A stretch of 64,000 nt of DNA from a virus, in IMG/VR virus record IMGVR_UViG_3300028029_000124; one strand, given 5' to 3'. Positions 1 to 8,795 of the stretch are shown here, one piece after another. Positions within the stretch are counted from its first letter, which is position 1; the number at the start of each line of letters is the position of its first letter. Position numbers and translations under genes: made by a program. Under the pieces are notes generated by a model. The model was not told the origin of the DNA. It searched no databases and saw nothing but the letters and a program-made list of their open reading frames with translations.

Positions 1-45
1 AGGGGCAGCGGGTAGTTTGGTGATATCTGTTTTTTCTTGTGTCAT
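1..45 (-). CDS. 5' end of a hexapeptide-repeat (LbH) paralog, truncated by the window edge
   Basis: Reverse strand from ATG at 45 reads MTQEKTDITKLPAAP, the leader shared by the other paralogs; preceded by the same junction sequence as at 3220-3300. Confidence 0.8.
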   Translation of the reverse strand, partial: MTQEKTDITKLPAAP

Positions 46-180
46 GCTTACTCTTATTTAGCTAAGTATTGTTGGAAGATATCAGAAAATTTTAGTTGAA
101 AATAGCCGTCTTGGTGCCGAGAAACCGCAGGTGTACGACTAATCCTAAATTAGGGGGTAGGACTACTCACTAATTTAGGA

Positions 181-837
181 TTAGTCGTACACCTGAGCCT
201 CGCAGGACACCTTCTCCGAGCCGAACACTTGCGCCCGGCCGAACACCCGCGCCGCGCCACACACTTCCGCCGAGCCATACACCTGCGCCCGGCCGAACAC
301 CTGCGCCCGGTCGAACACCTTCGCCCGGTCGAACACCTTCGCCGAACCGAACACCTCCACCTCACCGAACACCTCCGCCTCACCGAACACCTCCGCCGAG
401 CCATACACCTTCGCATAGTCGTGAACATCCACATCTCCGGACACTTGCGCCCGGCCATACACCCACACATCTCCGTACACCCACACTGAGTCGAACACCC
501 ACGCCTCTCCGAACACCCTCACCGAGCCGAACACCAGCGCCGAGTCGGACACCCGTGCCTGACCGGACACCTCCGCCTCGCCGGACACCCGCGCCTGACC
601 GGACACCTCCGCCGCACCGAGCACCTTAGCGTAGTCGCCCACCTTAGCGTAGTCGCCCACCTTAGCGTAGTCGCCCACCTTAGCGTAGCCGCTCACCTTA
701 GCGTTCGGCCCAACAAACGCCGTGTCTTCTGCGGTAGCCGTGTCCTCTACGAGCCCTCCGCCGTTTGGGTGGCGATGCCAGCCCGCAGGGGCAGCGGGTA
801 GTTTGGTGAGATATGTTTTTTCTTGCGTCATACCCAT
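181..837 (-). CDS. Hexapeptide-repeat (LbH) protein
   Basis: Leader GWHRHPNGGGLVEDTAT..TAFVGP followed by many V-[YFSC]-[GD]-x-A-[KEQRW] hexads. Start moved from ORF-track 900 to ATG 837/831 by alignment with paralogs. Confidence 0.85.
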   Translation of the reverse strand: MGMTQEKTYLTKLPAAPAGWHRHPNGGGLVEDTATAEDTAFVGPNAKVSGYAKVGDYAKVGDYAKVGDYAKVLGAAEVSGQARVSGEAEVSGQARVSDSALVFGSVRVFGEAWVFDSVWVYGDVWVYGRAQVSGDVDVHDYAKVYGSAEVFGEAEVFGEVEVFGSAKVFDRAKVFDRAQVFGRAQVYGSAEVCGAARVFGRAQVFGSEKVSCEAQVYD

Positions 838-904
838 TATAGTAGGGATACAGTAGAAAAATAAATAGTCAAGGACATGTCCTGAACTATTATTTTTCAC
901 CCAT

Positions 905-1402
905 TTATTTTGGTGTTACTGGACACATTTCCTGGCCGTACACATTTTCCTGCCCGCACACCTCCGCCGAGCCCCTAACCTCCACACACCCAAACACTGA
1001 CGATTTACCAAATACTCGCGCCGATCCGTACACCTCCACCTTGCCCATCACCCACGCCTCGCCGAACACCTGCGCCTCGCCGTACACCTTAGCCTCGTTG
1101 AGTACTCTTGCATCGCCGTACACCTTCGCCGCGTCGAACACCTTCGCGTCACCGAATATCTGTGCTGAGTCGTATACCCGCGCCGAGTCGTACACATTCG
1201 CCTGGCCGCACACCTCCGCCGCACCGAGCACCTTAGCGTAGTCACCCACCTTAGCGTAGTCGCCAACCACAGCGTTCGGCCCAACAAACGCAGTGTCTTC
1301 TACGGTCGCTGTATTTTCGACGAGCCCCCCACCGTTTGGGTGGCGGTGCCAACCTGTAGGGGCGACGGGCAGTTTGGTTAGATCTGTTTTTTCTTGTGTC
1401 AT
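905..1402 (-). CDS. Hexapeptide-repeat (LbH) protein
   Basis: MTQEKTDLTKL leader at ATG 1402, NGGGLVE motif, hexad repeats. The upstream extension in the ORF track is an out-of-frame reading of an orphan fragment. Confidence 0.85.
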   Translation of the reverse strand: MTQEKTDLTKLPVAPTGWHRHPNGGGLVENTATVEDTAFVGPNAVVGDYAKVGDYAKVLGAAEVCGQANVYDSARVYDSAQIFGDAKVFDAAKVYGDARVLNEAKVYGEAQVFGEAWVMGKVEVYGSARVFGKSSVFGCVEVRGSAEVCGQENVYGQEMCPVTPK

Positions 1403-1460
1403 GTCACCTACCTCAGAGTGGTACACGAAAAAATAATAGTCAAGAACATGTCCTGGACTA

Positions 1461-1571
1461 TTATTTTGTTGTTCCCGAACACTTTTCCTGGCCGCATACA
1501 TGTGCGTAATCGTACACCTCCGCCGAGCCGAACACTTGCGCACACCCAAATACCGACGATTCGCCAAATAT
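1461..1571 (-). pseudogene. Orphan 3' fragment of an LbH gene
   Basis: Reads IFGESSVFGCAQVFGSAEVYDYAHVCGQEKCSGTTK* with no start codon; nucleotide-similar to the 3' end of 905..1402. Confidence 0.75.
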
Positions 1572-1582
1572 GTGGGAACCGC

Positions 1583-2437
1583 TCACCGCAAGCCTTTCAA
1601 CGCGAGCTCCGCCTCCTGCTCACCCATACGCAATTTTAGTGTGCGTAGTGACCTAGCGTATAGATCCAATCTTCCAGGGAGCTTGTCTTTTCCGGTGAAT
1701 GTTGCCGCCAATAGCCCTACTAGGAACGTTTCGTCCCTATGGGGCACATCTACAGCAGACAAAAAAGCACTGCACTCTACAAACATCCCCTTGCGCAAAC
1801 ATAAATCTACTGCAGAAAACAAGATATCCATGTCCTTGTCGCAACTATCTGAATGGGAGATAGTAGGTTTTGTTGTTGCACCCATTTCGGTATGTCCACA
1901 TACCCATAGGTCACCACAAACCCTAGCTTCCCCGTGCACCTGAGCGTTGTCAAACACTTTCACGCTGCCACACACGTGCACGTTTCCGTGCACCTGAGCT
2001 TCCCCGTACACCTTAGCATCTCCGAACACCCTAGCGCGCCCATATACCTCCGCATTGTCGTATACCTGAGCATCGCCGAACACCCAAGCATCTCCAGACA
2101 CGTCAGCGCAGTAGTATATCTTCGCACGGCCACACACATTTGCTGTGTCTGCTACCCTCGATGTATCGTATACGCAGGAATTTTCGTATACCTTAGCATG
2201 TCCTGTGACTTGTGCCGAACCGTGTACACGAGCGTTGTCGTATACCTGAGCATTGTCTAATATCTGAGCATCACCGTATACCTCCGCTGAGCCGTATACC
2301 TTCGCGTGTGGGGCGACGTACGCAGTATTGGCTACGGTCGCGGTGTCTTCGACAAGCCCCCCTCCATAAGGGTGGCGGTTCCACCCTTCTGGTACTTCGG
2401 GGAACTCAGTCACCAAAATAGTTTCTTCTGTGCCCAT
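1583..2437 (-). CDS. LbH protein with an unrelated ~100-aa C-terminal domain
   Basis: GWNRHPYGGGLVEDT leader and hexads up to ...VCGHTEM, then non-repetitive helical-looking sequence (DILFSAVDLCLRKG...ELALKGLR). Confidence 0.8.
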   Translation of the reverse strand: MGTEETILVTEFPEVPEGWNRHPYGGGLVEDTATVANTAYVAPHAKVYGSAEVYGDAQILDNAQVYDNARVHGSAQVTGHAKVYENSCVYDTSRVADTANVCGRAKIYYCADVSGDAWVFGDAQVYDNAEVYGRARVFGDAKVYGEAQVHGNVHVCGSVKVFDNAQVHGEARVCGDLWVCGHTEMGATTKPTISHSDSCDKDMDILFSAVDLCLRKGMFVECSAFLSAVDVPHRDETFLVGLLAATFTGKDKLPGRLDLYARSLRTLKLRMGEQEAELALKGLR

Positions 2438-2451
2438 AACTTACCCTACAA

Positions 2452-3219
2452 CTAGCTGTTGCTTAGCCGCACATACACTTCTCCGCAAAACTTTACTTTT
2501 TCTGCTATAAAGGAATACCCGTAAACCATGGCTTCTCCATACACCAGAGCGCTCTCGCAGACTTCGGATTCCCCGTAAACTTGTGCTTGATCGCAAACCT
2601 TAGCTTCGCCGTGAACCTCTGAGGTGCCATACACCTCGGAGTCCCCGTACACCTCAGCTTCACCGTGAACCTTAGCTTCACCGTGAACCTCAGCGTTACC
2701 GTGCACTCTAGCTTCAGCGTATACCTCAGCATTTCCGTACACTCTCGCTAGATCGAATACTTGGGACTCATAATATACTTTGGTATGGCCATGCACCTTA
2801 GCGTGCCCGGATACTGTTGCGGAGTCAGACACCTCAGCGCCCCCGTACACCTTAGTGCAGTCGCACACCTCAGCGTTTCCGCACACCCACGCCGATTCGT
2901 ACACCTGAGCCCGGCCATACACATTCGCCGAGTCGTACACCTGAGCCCGGCCGAACACTCGCGCATCGCCGGACACCCTCGCCGAGCCAAACACTCGCGC
3001 ATCGCCGGACACCCTCACCCGGCCGGAGATCTGAGCGTAGCCGCACACCTGGGCTTCATCATACACCTGAGCCTCGTCGCACACCTCAGCATTCGGTCCG
3101 ATGAACGCCGTGTCGGCCACGGTAGCCGTGTCCTCTACGAGCCCCCCGCCGTTTGGGTGGCGGTGCCAGCCTGTAGGAGCGACGGATAGTTTGGTGAGAT
3201 CTGTTTTTTCTTGTGTCAT
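2452..3219 (-). CDS. Hexapeptide-repeat (LbH) protein
   Basis: MTQEKTDLTKL leader, NGGGLVEDT motif, hexad repeats. Confidence 0.85.
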   Translation of the reverse strand: MTQEKTDLTKLSVAPTGWHRHPNGGGLVEDTATVADTAFIGPNAEVCDEAQVYDEAQVCGYAQISGRVRVSGDARVFGSARVSGDARVFGRAQVYDSANVYGRAQVYESAWVCGNAEVCDCTKVYGGAEVSDSATVSGHAKVHGHTKVYYESQVFDLARVYGNAEVYAEARVHGNAEVHGEAKVHGEAEVYGDSEVYGTSEVHGEAKVCDQAQVYGESEVCESALVYGEAMVYGYSFIAEKVKFCGEVYVRLSNS

Positions 3220-3360
3220 GTTTACTCTTATTTAGCTAAGTATTGTGGGAAGATATCAGAAAATTCGGGGTAAAAATAGCCGTCTTGGTGCCGAGAAACC
3301 TCATGCGTTGCGCTACGCGCTGGTGTGCGGGGAAACGGAGGACTACTCACTAATTTAGGA

Positions 3361-3957
3361 TTAGTCGTACACCTCCGTTTCCCCGCACACCAGCGCGTAG
3401 TCCGACACTCTCGCCGAGCCGAACACCTCAGCATAGCCGCACACCCACGCCCCGCCGAACACCTTAGCGTAGTCGTACACCTTCGCCCAGCCGAACACCT
3501 TAGCGTCTCCACACACCCTAGCCCGGCCGCACACCTTAGCCCGGTAGTATACGCTCGCCCGGTCGTACACATGAGCATCGCCGCACACCCGCGCCGAGCC
3601 ATACACCTCCACCGAGCCATACACCCGCGCCGAGTCGTATACACGCGCGCGGTCGAACACCCGCACCGAGCCGTACACACTCGCCGAACCGGATACCTGC
3701 GCCGAGCCGTACACCTCCGCCGAGCCGTACACCTTAGCTGCGCCAGATATCCACGCTTCGCCGTACACCTTAGCGTAGTTGCGCACCTCCGCCGAGCCGA
3801 GCACTCGCGCCGTGCCGTACACCTTCGCGTCGGGCCCAACGAACGCCGTGTCGGCCACGGTAGTGGTATCCTCCACTAGCCCGCCGCCGTTTTGGTGGCG
3901 GTGCCAGCCGACATGGGCAACGGAGAGTTTTGTGGTGTCTGTTTTTATGCGTGCCAT
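3361..3957 (-). CDS. Hexapeptide-repeat (LbH) protein
   Basis: GWHRHQNGGGLVEDT leader and hexads; 3' end and downstream bases match those of 181..837. Confidence 0.85.
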   Translation of the reverse strand: MARIKTDTTKLSVAHVGWHRHQNGGGLVEDTTTVADTAFVGPDAKVYGTARVLGSAEVRNYAKVYGEAWISGAAKVYGSAEVYGSAQVSGSASVYGSVRVFDRARVYDSARVYGSVEVYGSARVCGDAHVYDRASVYYRAKVCGRARVCGDAKVFGWAKVYDYAKVFGGAWVCGYAEVFGSARVSDYALVCGETEVYD

Positions 3958-4080
3958 GTTTACTATTATTTAGTTAGGTATCACTGGCGGATATACGAAA
4001 ATGGGAGGTAAAAATAGCCGTATCGGTGCCTAGGAACCTGTGCTGTGAACTATAGGGTTAGGGACTATCGAAGAATGTGA

Positions 4081-4839
4081 CTACTTACTAATTTCAGTGT
4101 CCCCGAATACACTCGCAGAGCCGGACACCTGCGCCTCGCCGTACACCCACGCTGAGTCGAACACCTGCGCCGAGTCGGACACCCGCGCCGCGTCGAACAC
4201 CTTCGCCGAGCCGGATACCTGCGCCGAGCCGGACACCTGCGCCGAGCCAAACACCGACGCATAGCCGTGAACACCCACATCTCCGGACACTTGCGCCCGG
4301 CCGTACACCCAAGCGTCTCCGGACATCCTCGCCGAGCCGTACACCCACGCCGAGCCGTACACCCAAGCATCTCCGGACATCCTCGCCGAGCCGTACACCC
4401 ACGCCCCGTCATACACTTCCGCCGAGTCGTACACTTCCGCCGAGTCGTACACCTTCGCCGAGTCGTATACACGCACCGAGCCGTATACCTCCGCCGAGCC
4501 GTATACCTCCGCCGAACCGAACACTTCCGCCGAGCCGTACACCTTAGCTGAGCCGTACACCTTAGCGTCGCCGTGTACCCACGCTTCGCCGTACACCTTA
4601 GCTGAGCCGTGCACCTTAGCTGAGCCAGATATCCACGCTTCGCCGTACACCTTAGCGTAGTTGTGCACCTCCGCCGAGCCTAACACTCTCGCCGTGCCGT
4701 ACACCTTCGCGTCAGATCCGACGAACGCCGTGTCGGCCACGGTAGTGGTATCCTCTACTAGCCCACCACCGTTTTGGTGGCGGTGCCAGCCGGCAGGGGC
4801 GGCGGAAAGTTTTGTGATATCTGTTTTTATGTGTGTCAC
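4081..4839 (-). CDS. Hexapeptide-repeat (LbH) protein
   Basis: GTG start, same leader, hexads, family-typical GDTEISK* ending. Confidence 0.85.
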   Translation of the reverse strand: MTHIKTDITKLSAAPAGWHRHQNGGGLVEDTTTVADTAFVGSDAKVYGTARVLGSAEVHNYAKVYGEAWISGSAKVHGSAKVYGEAWVHGDAKVYGSAKVYGSAEVFGSAEVYGSAEVYGSVRVYDSAKVYDSAEVYDSAEVYDGAWVYGSARMSGDAWVYGSAWVYGSARMSGDAWVYGRAQVSGDVGVHGYASVFGSAQVSGSAQVSGSAKVFDAARVSDSAQVFDSAWVYGEAQVSGSASVFGDTEISK

Positions 4840-4902
4840 GGTAGGTGCCTGGCGATGATGTAGGATAAATAATAATAATAATAAACAAGAAAATGTTCTG
4901 GC

Positions 4903-5364
4903 TTACTTAGCGCCCTCGCACACGAGGGCGTTTCCTGATACATTCGCCGCGCCGCATACCTGCGCCGAGTCGCATACCTGCGCCGAGTCGCATACCTGCG
5001 CCGAGTCGTATACCTGCGCATCGCCACGCACCTTCGCCCTGCCAGATACCGTTGCCCAGCCGAACACTCTAGCTGAACCATACACCTCTGCCGAACCGGA
5101 CACCGTTGCCCAGCCGTCTACTCGCGCCTCACCGGACACCGTTGCCTCACCGGACACCGTTGCCCAGCCACCTACTCGCGCCTCGCCGTACACTTCTGCC
5201 GAGCCGCACACCGTTGCCCAGCCACATACATGCGCGTAAGGCCCAATAAACGCAGTATCGTCTACGGTAGTGGTGTCCTCCACTAGTCCGCCACCGTTTA
5301 GGTGCCGGTGCCAACCGGAAGGGGCAGAAGGTAGTTCGTCGACGTATGTTTTTTCGTTGCTCAT
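4903..5364 (-). CDS. Hexapeptide-repeat (LbH) protein
   Basis: ATG 5364 (MSNEKTYV), GWHRHLNGGGLVEDT leader, hexads including WATVSG variants. Confidence 0.85.
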   Translation of the reverse strand: MSNEKTYVDELPSAPSGWHRHLNGGGLVEDTTTVDDTAFIGPYAHVCGWATVCGSAEVYGEARVGGWATVSGEATVSGEARVDGWATVSGSAEVYGSARVFGWATVSGRAKVRGDAQVYDSAQVCDSAQVCDSAQVCGAANVSGNALVCEGAK

Positions 5365-5493
5365 GACCACGCCATTAGGAATACAGGAGAAAAAATAATA
5401 GTCAAGAAATATTTTGTTCGTTACCCATTTTTGTGTCTCCGTAGGCACCTGCGCCCGGCAGAGCCGGACACCTCGTACACCGACGACCGTGAG

Positions 5494-5691
5494 CTACCTC
5501 GATTTTTGGAGACAAGCGAACGCCGAGTCGATAATATCCCTAGTGATATCCCTGTTCTCGATCCTCGTGTTGCCGTAGGCCCAACCCTTGCGTTCCTCGT
5601 CGGTCAGGCGACTCGGGACCTTGTCCTCGGCATGGAGTCTTTTGACTCTTTGGATGAGCTCTTCGGTCGTCATCGATTCGCTTCGCTGCAT
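5494..5691 (-). CDS. Small hypothetical protein (AYGNTRIEN motif)
   Basis: 65-aa helical-looking ORF embedded in the LbH array; start may be the internal MTTEEL. Confidence 0.5.
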   Translation of the reverse strand: MQRSESMTTEELIQRVKRLHAEDKVPSRLTDEERKGWAYGNTRIENRDITRDIIDSAFACLQKSR

Positions 5692-5885
5692 GTGCTGTCA
5701 TCATGGTGTAGTTGTCGGCACCTTGCAAGTCCCAAGCACGCAACGGTGACGTATCTCGGTCGGTGACCATAGTAGTGGTATGGTACGGCGTGTAATTACG
5801 ATAAACCTAAACTATTTGTTGTATTATTATACATGCAGATTCTTTCGTCTCAATGATAAATAAAAATAATAGTCAAGAAACATTC

Positions 5886-6513
5886 TTACTGGTGGGGGTA
5901 CCTGCTAGGAGGGATGTTTAGGGCAACCATGATTTTCCGGATATGTGAATTTAGGTTCACGAAATCTGCCGGTTCCGCAGAGATGGGGAATATTTGAGAT
6001 GTGTCGTTGTCTCTATCTATTAGCGCCCTAACGATATCCGTTATTAGTGATGCGCACACCCTAGCGCTCTTAGTGTTGCGTACCCTTCTTGTATAATTAA
6101 TACAATCTTCTAGGGAGATTGCTACAATTCTACTTTTGTTTGTTTCTTTACCTATGCCCACCAAATCATGTTTTCTGAATCTTAGTTTGCCTAGGACCCA
6201 CTGTGTTTTAGTCTCTCGATCGACCCGTTCAAGTGAATGCTTGCTCTCGCTTATTAACATTACTGCACTCCCTACACCTATTTTATTGCTGCCCATCTTG
6301 TCTATTATTCCAGTTCCGGACACGCTAGATGTTCCGGACACCTTCGCGCGGACTAGCACCTCTGCCCCCGCCGGACACCTGTGCGTCAGGTCCAACGAAC
6401 GCAGTATCGTCTACGGTTGCTGTATCTTCGACGAGCCCCCCGCCGTTTTTGTGGTGGTGCCAGCCCGGAGGGGCGGATGGGAGTTTGGTGAGATCTGTTT
6501 TTTCTTTCCTCAT
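5886..6513 (-). pseudogene. Frameshifted LbH-leader fusion gene
   Basis: ATG 6513 gives MRKEKTDLTKL...NGGGLVEDT...GPDAQVSG; removing one G from the G5 run (C5 at 6365-6369 on +) joins it to ORF 5886..6395 (GAEVLVRAKVSG... plus a unique C-terminus). Confidence 0.7.
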
Positions 6514-6566
6514 GACTATTCTAATGGGAATACAGGAGAAAAAACAAATGTTCAAGAAATGTTTTG

Positions 6567-7529
6567 CTAACTGTTTATTTTTGTGTCGCCGGACACCTCC
6601 TCCGAGTTGTGCACCTTCGCGCGGCCGGACACCTTCGCGCGGCCGGACACCTTCGCGCGGCCGTACACCTTCGCGTCGCCGTGTACCTGCGCCGAGCCGG
6701 ACACCTCCACCTCGTCGAGCACCCAAGCATCTCCGGACACCCCCACTTCGCCGTGCACCCACGCCGAGCCGGACACCTTCGCGCGGTCGAACACCTGAGC
6801 GTCACCGAATACCTGCGCCTCGCAGGACACCTGCGCGTCGTCGTACACCTGCGCGTCGTCGTACACCTTCGCGTCGCCATGTACCCGCGCCGAGTCTAGT
6901 ACCTTCGCGCGGCCGAACACCTGAGCCCGGCCGAATACCTGCGCCTCGCCGGACACCTTCGCGCGGCCGGACACCTTCGCATCGCCGTGTACCTGCGCCG
7001 AGCCGGACACCTCCACCTCGTCGAGCACCCAAGCATCTCCGGACACCTTCGCGTCGCCGAACACCCGCGCCGAGTCTAGCGCCTTCACGCGGTCGAACAC
7101 CTGAGCGGCACCGAATACTTGCGCCTCGCAGGACACCTTCGCGTCGCCGTACACCTTCGCGTCTCCGGACACCTTCGCGTCGCCGTGTACCCACGCTTCG
7201 TCGTATACACGCGCGTGGCCGAACACTTGAGCCGATCCGAACACCCACGCCGAGTCGGACACCTGCGCCGAGTCGGACACCTGCGCCGAGCCGAGCACCC
7301 GAGCCGAGCCGAACACCCGAGCCGAGCCGGACACCTGCGCCGAGTCGGACACCTGCGCCGAGTCGGACACCATCGCCCTGTCGTACACCTTCGCATAAGG
7401 TCCGACGAATGCCGTGTCTTGGACGAATGCCGTGCCCTCTACGAGCCCTCCGCCGTTTGGGTGGCGATGCCAGCCCGCAGGGGCAGCGGGTAGTTTGGTG
7501 AGATCTGTTTTTTCTTGTGTCATGCCCAT
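6567..7529 (-). CDS. Hexapeptide-repeat (LbH) protein, longest copy
   Basis: MGMTQEKTDLTKL leader, long hexad run with internal nucleotide-level duplications, ends GDTKINS*. Confidence 0.85.
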   Translation of the reverse strand: MGMTQEKTDLTKLPAAPAGWHRHPNGGGLVEGTAFVQDTAFVGPYAKVYDRAMVSDSAQVSDSAQVSGSARVFGSARVLGSAQVSDSAQVSDSAWVFGSAQVFGHARVYDEAWVHGDAKVSGDAKVYGDAKVSCEAQVFGAAQVFDRVKALDSARVFGDAKVSGDAWVLDEVEVSGSAQVHGDAKVSGRAKVSGEAQVFGRAQVFGRAKVLDSARVHGDAKVYDDAQVYDDAQVSCEAQVFGDAQVFDRAKVSGSAWVHGEVGVSGDAWVLDEVEVSGSAQVHGDAKVYGRAKVSGRAKVSGRAKVHNSEEVSGDTKINS

Positions 7530-7579
7530 TCTAGTATGGATACAGGAGAAAAATAAATAGTCTAGGTGTATTTTGTCTG

Positions 7580-8629
7580 CTAGTCCCCCAAGTCAGCTAT
7601 TTTCCTTGTCTCTCCGCTAACGTCGTCGACGTACAATTTAGTGGTTCTCGGGTCCTCGTGTCTAGCCCAAGCAGTTAGTGCTGCCTGGGACCCTGTCCAC
7701 GCTTTTGCCCTGACTGTAATTGCGTGGTGGCGCAATTGATGTGGGTGTATGTGGGATAGCCCGGCGTCCTTTGCTCGTACGGCTACGCGAGCCCACAAAC
7801 GCTTGCCGGATATGGCGTTGCCTCGGTCCGAAAAAAATAGTGGTCCGTGCAGCCCCTTCCAGGATAAAATTGATATCTTGCTGTCCACCACCCCCACCAC
7901 CTCCGCTCTGACCAACAACCACGACTGTATCGCGGCCCACGTTTTTGGGTGTACGGGCTGCCATAGGTCTTTTCCTCCTTTGCCCTGAACAAAAATCTCA
8001 GGTCCGTGCTCCACAGAATCCCTCACGTGGTCGGGAAATAGTATTTTCCCTACTTCGCTGGCCCGGAACCCGTCGTTTCCTAGCAGCCGAAACATTGCTA
8101 GGTCCCGAGGCCCGTGCCAGCGGCGGTCGTCTTCTGTGTTTTGGAGTAAGGCATCCCACGCAGCCCTCCCTGGTCCCCTCACGTCTTTGTACGGGACTAT
8201 CTTAGCCACAGGTATGCACAGCACCCAAGGTACCAGTTCGGCGAAGTTCAATTTTTTCACTATAGAATTGAGGCTGCGCATGGATCTAGCTATTGTTCCC
8301 TGCGCCAGGCCTTGCGACATGAGCTCGGACTGGTAACTCAGCACCGTCTGTCTGGCCTCTCCAGCAGACAGCGCCAATAGATAGGACAATGCGCATGCCG
8401 ATGGGACTTTGCCGCCCGATGCGTCCTCCCACCAGTCGCCGAACCTGCGTACGTCCTGGCCGTACGCAGCAACGGTGTTTTTTCTGAGTTGTCCTAGAGC
8501 CACTCGTAACAACTCTGCGCTTCTGTGCTCGTGGCCCTGTGAACATACTGCAACCGTCCCCGATTCCCTACGCAAGGGCCCTACGGAAGCGGGAATGATC
8601 TCTACTTCTTTAGTTCTGTGTGTGGTCAT
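7580..8629 (-). CDS. Tyrosine recombinase (integrase/Xer-like)
   Basis: Catalytic set in order: GFRASEV (R), QGKGGK (K), HPHQLRH (HxxR), WARHED, TTKLYV (Y); N-terminal core-binding-like region. Likely start MTTHRT at 8629 (track gives 8683). Confidence 0.92.
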   Translation of the reverse strand: MTTHRTKEVEIIPASVGPLRRESGTVAVCSQGHEHRSAELLRVALGQLRKNTVAAYGQDVRRFGDWWEDASGGKVPSACALSYLLALSAGEARQTVLSYQSELMSQGLAQGTIARSMRSLNSIVKKLNFAELVPWVLCIPVAKIVPYKDVRGPGRAAWDALLQNTEDDRRWHGPRDLAMFRLLGNDGFRASEVGKILFPDHVRDSVEHGPEIFVQGKGGKDLWQPVHPKTWAAIQSWLLVRAEVVGVVDSKISILSWKGLHGPLFFSDRGNAISGKRLWARVAVRAKDAGLSHIHPHQLRHHAITVRAKAWTGSQAALTAWARHEDPRTTKLYVDDVSGETRKIADLGD

Positions 8630-8795
8630 GTTGCTGCTTTCTGAAAATAGTGGATGTCTGTGTAGCACAAATAGACAGGACATAATACCTATTTATTCCT
8701 GTCTATTGGCTAGCTATCGCCCTATTGCGCCTATTTGAAGGGCATGCTACACTCGTTATCGCGGAATACGCGACAACTAGAAAAAACACAAAAAT

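Noticed and set aside
150-7501. Long Arg/Cys/His/Pro-rich ORFs overlapping the LbH genes (e.g. 6329..7501 +, 3228..3839 -), and equivalents at 48297-50615
   Set aside because: Shadow frames of the 18-bp repeat that lack stops; they recur with every paralog and carry no independent features.
7580-8629. Canonical integron integrase or protelomerase
   Set aside because: I see no IntI-specific insertion and no RYYYAAC...GTTRRRY attC boxes at the junctions; cassettes carry their own promoter-like sequence; the protein is shorter than known phage protelomerases.
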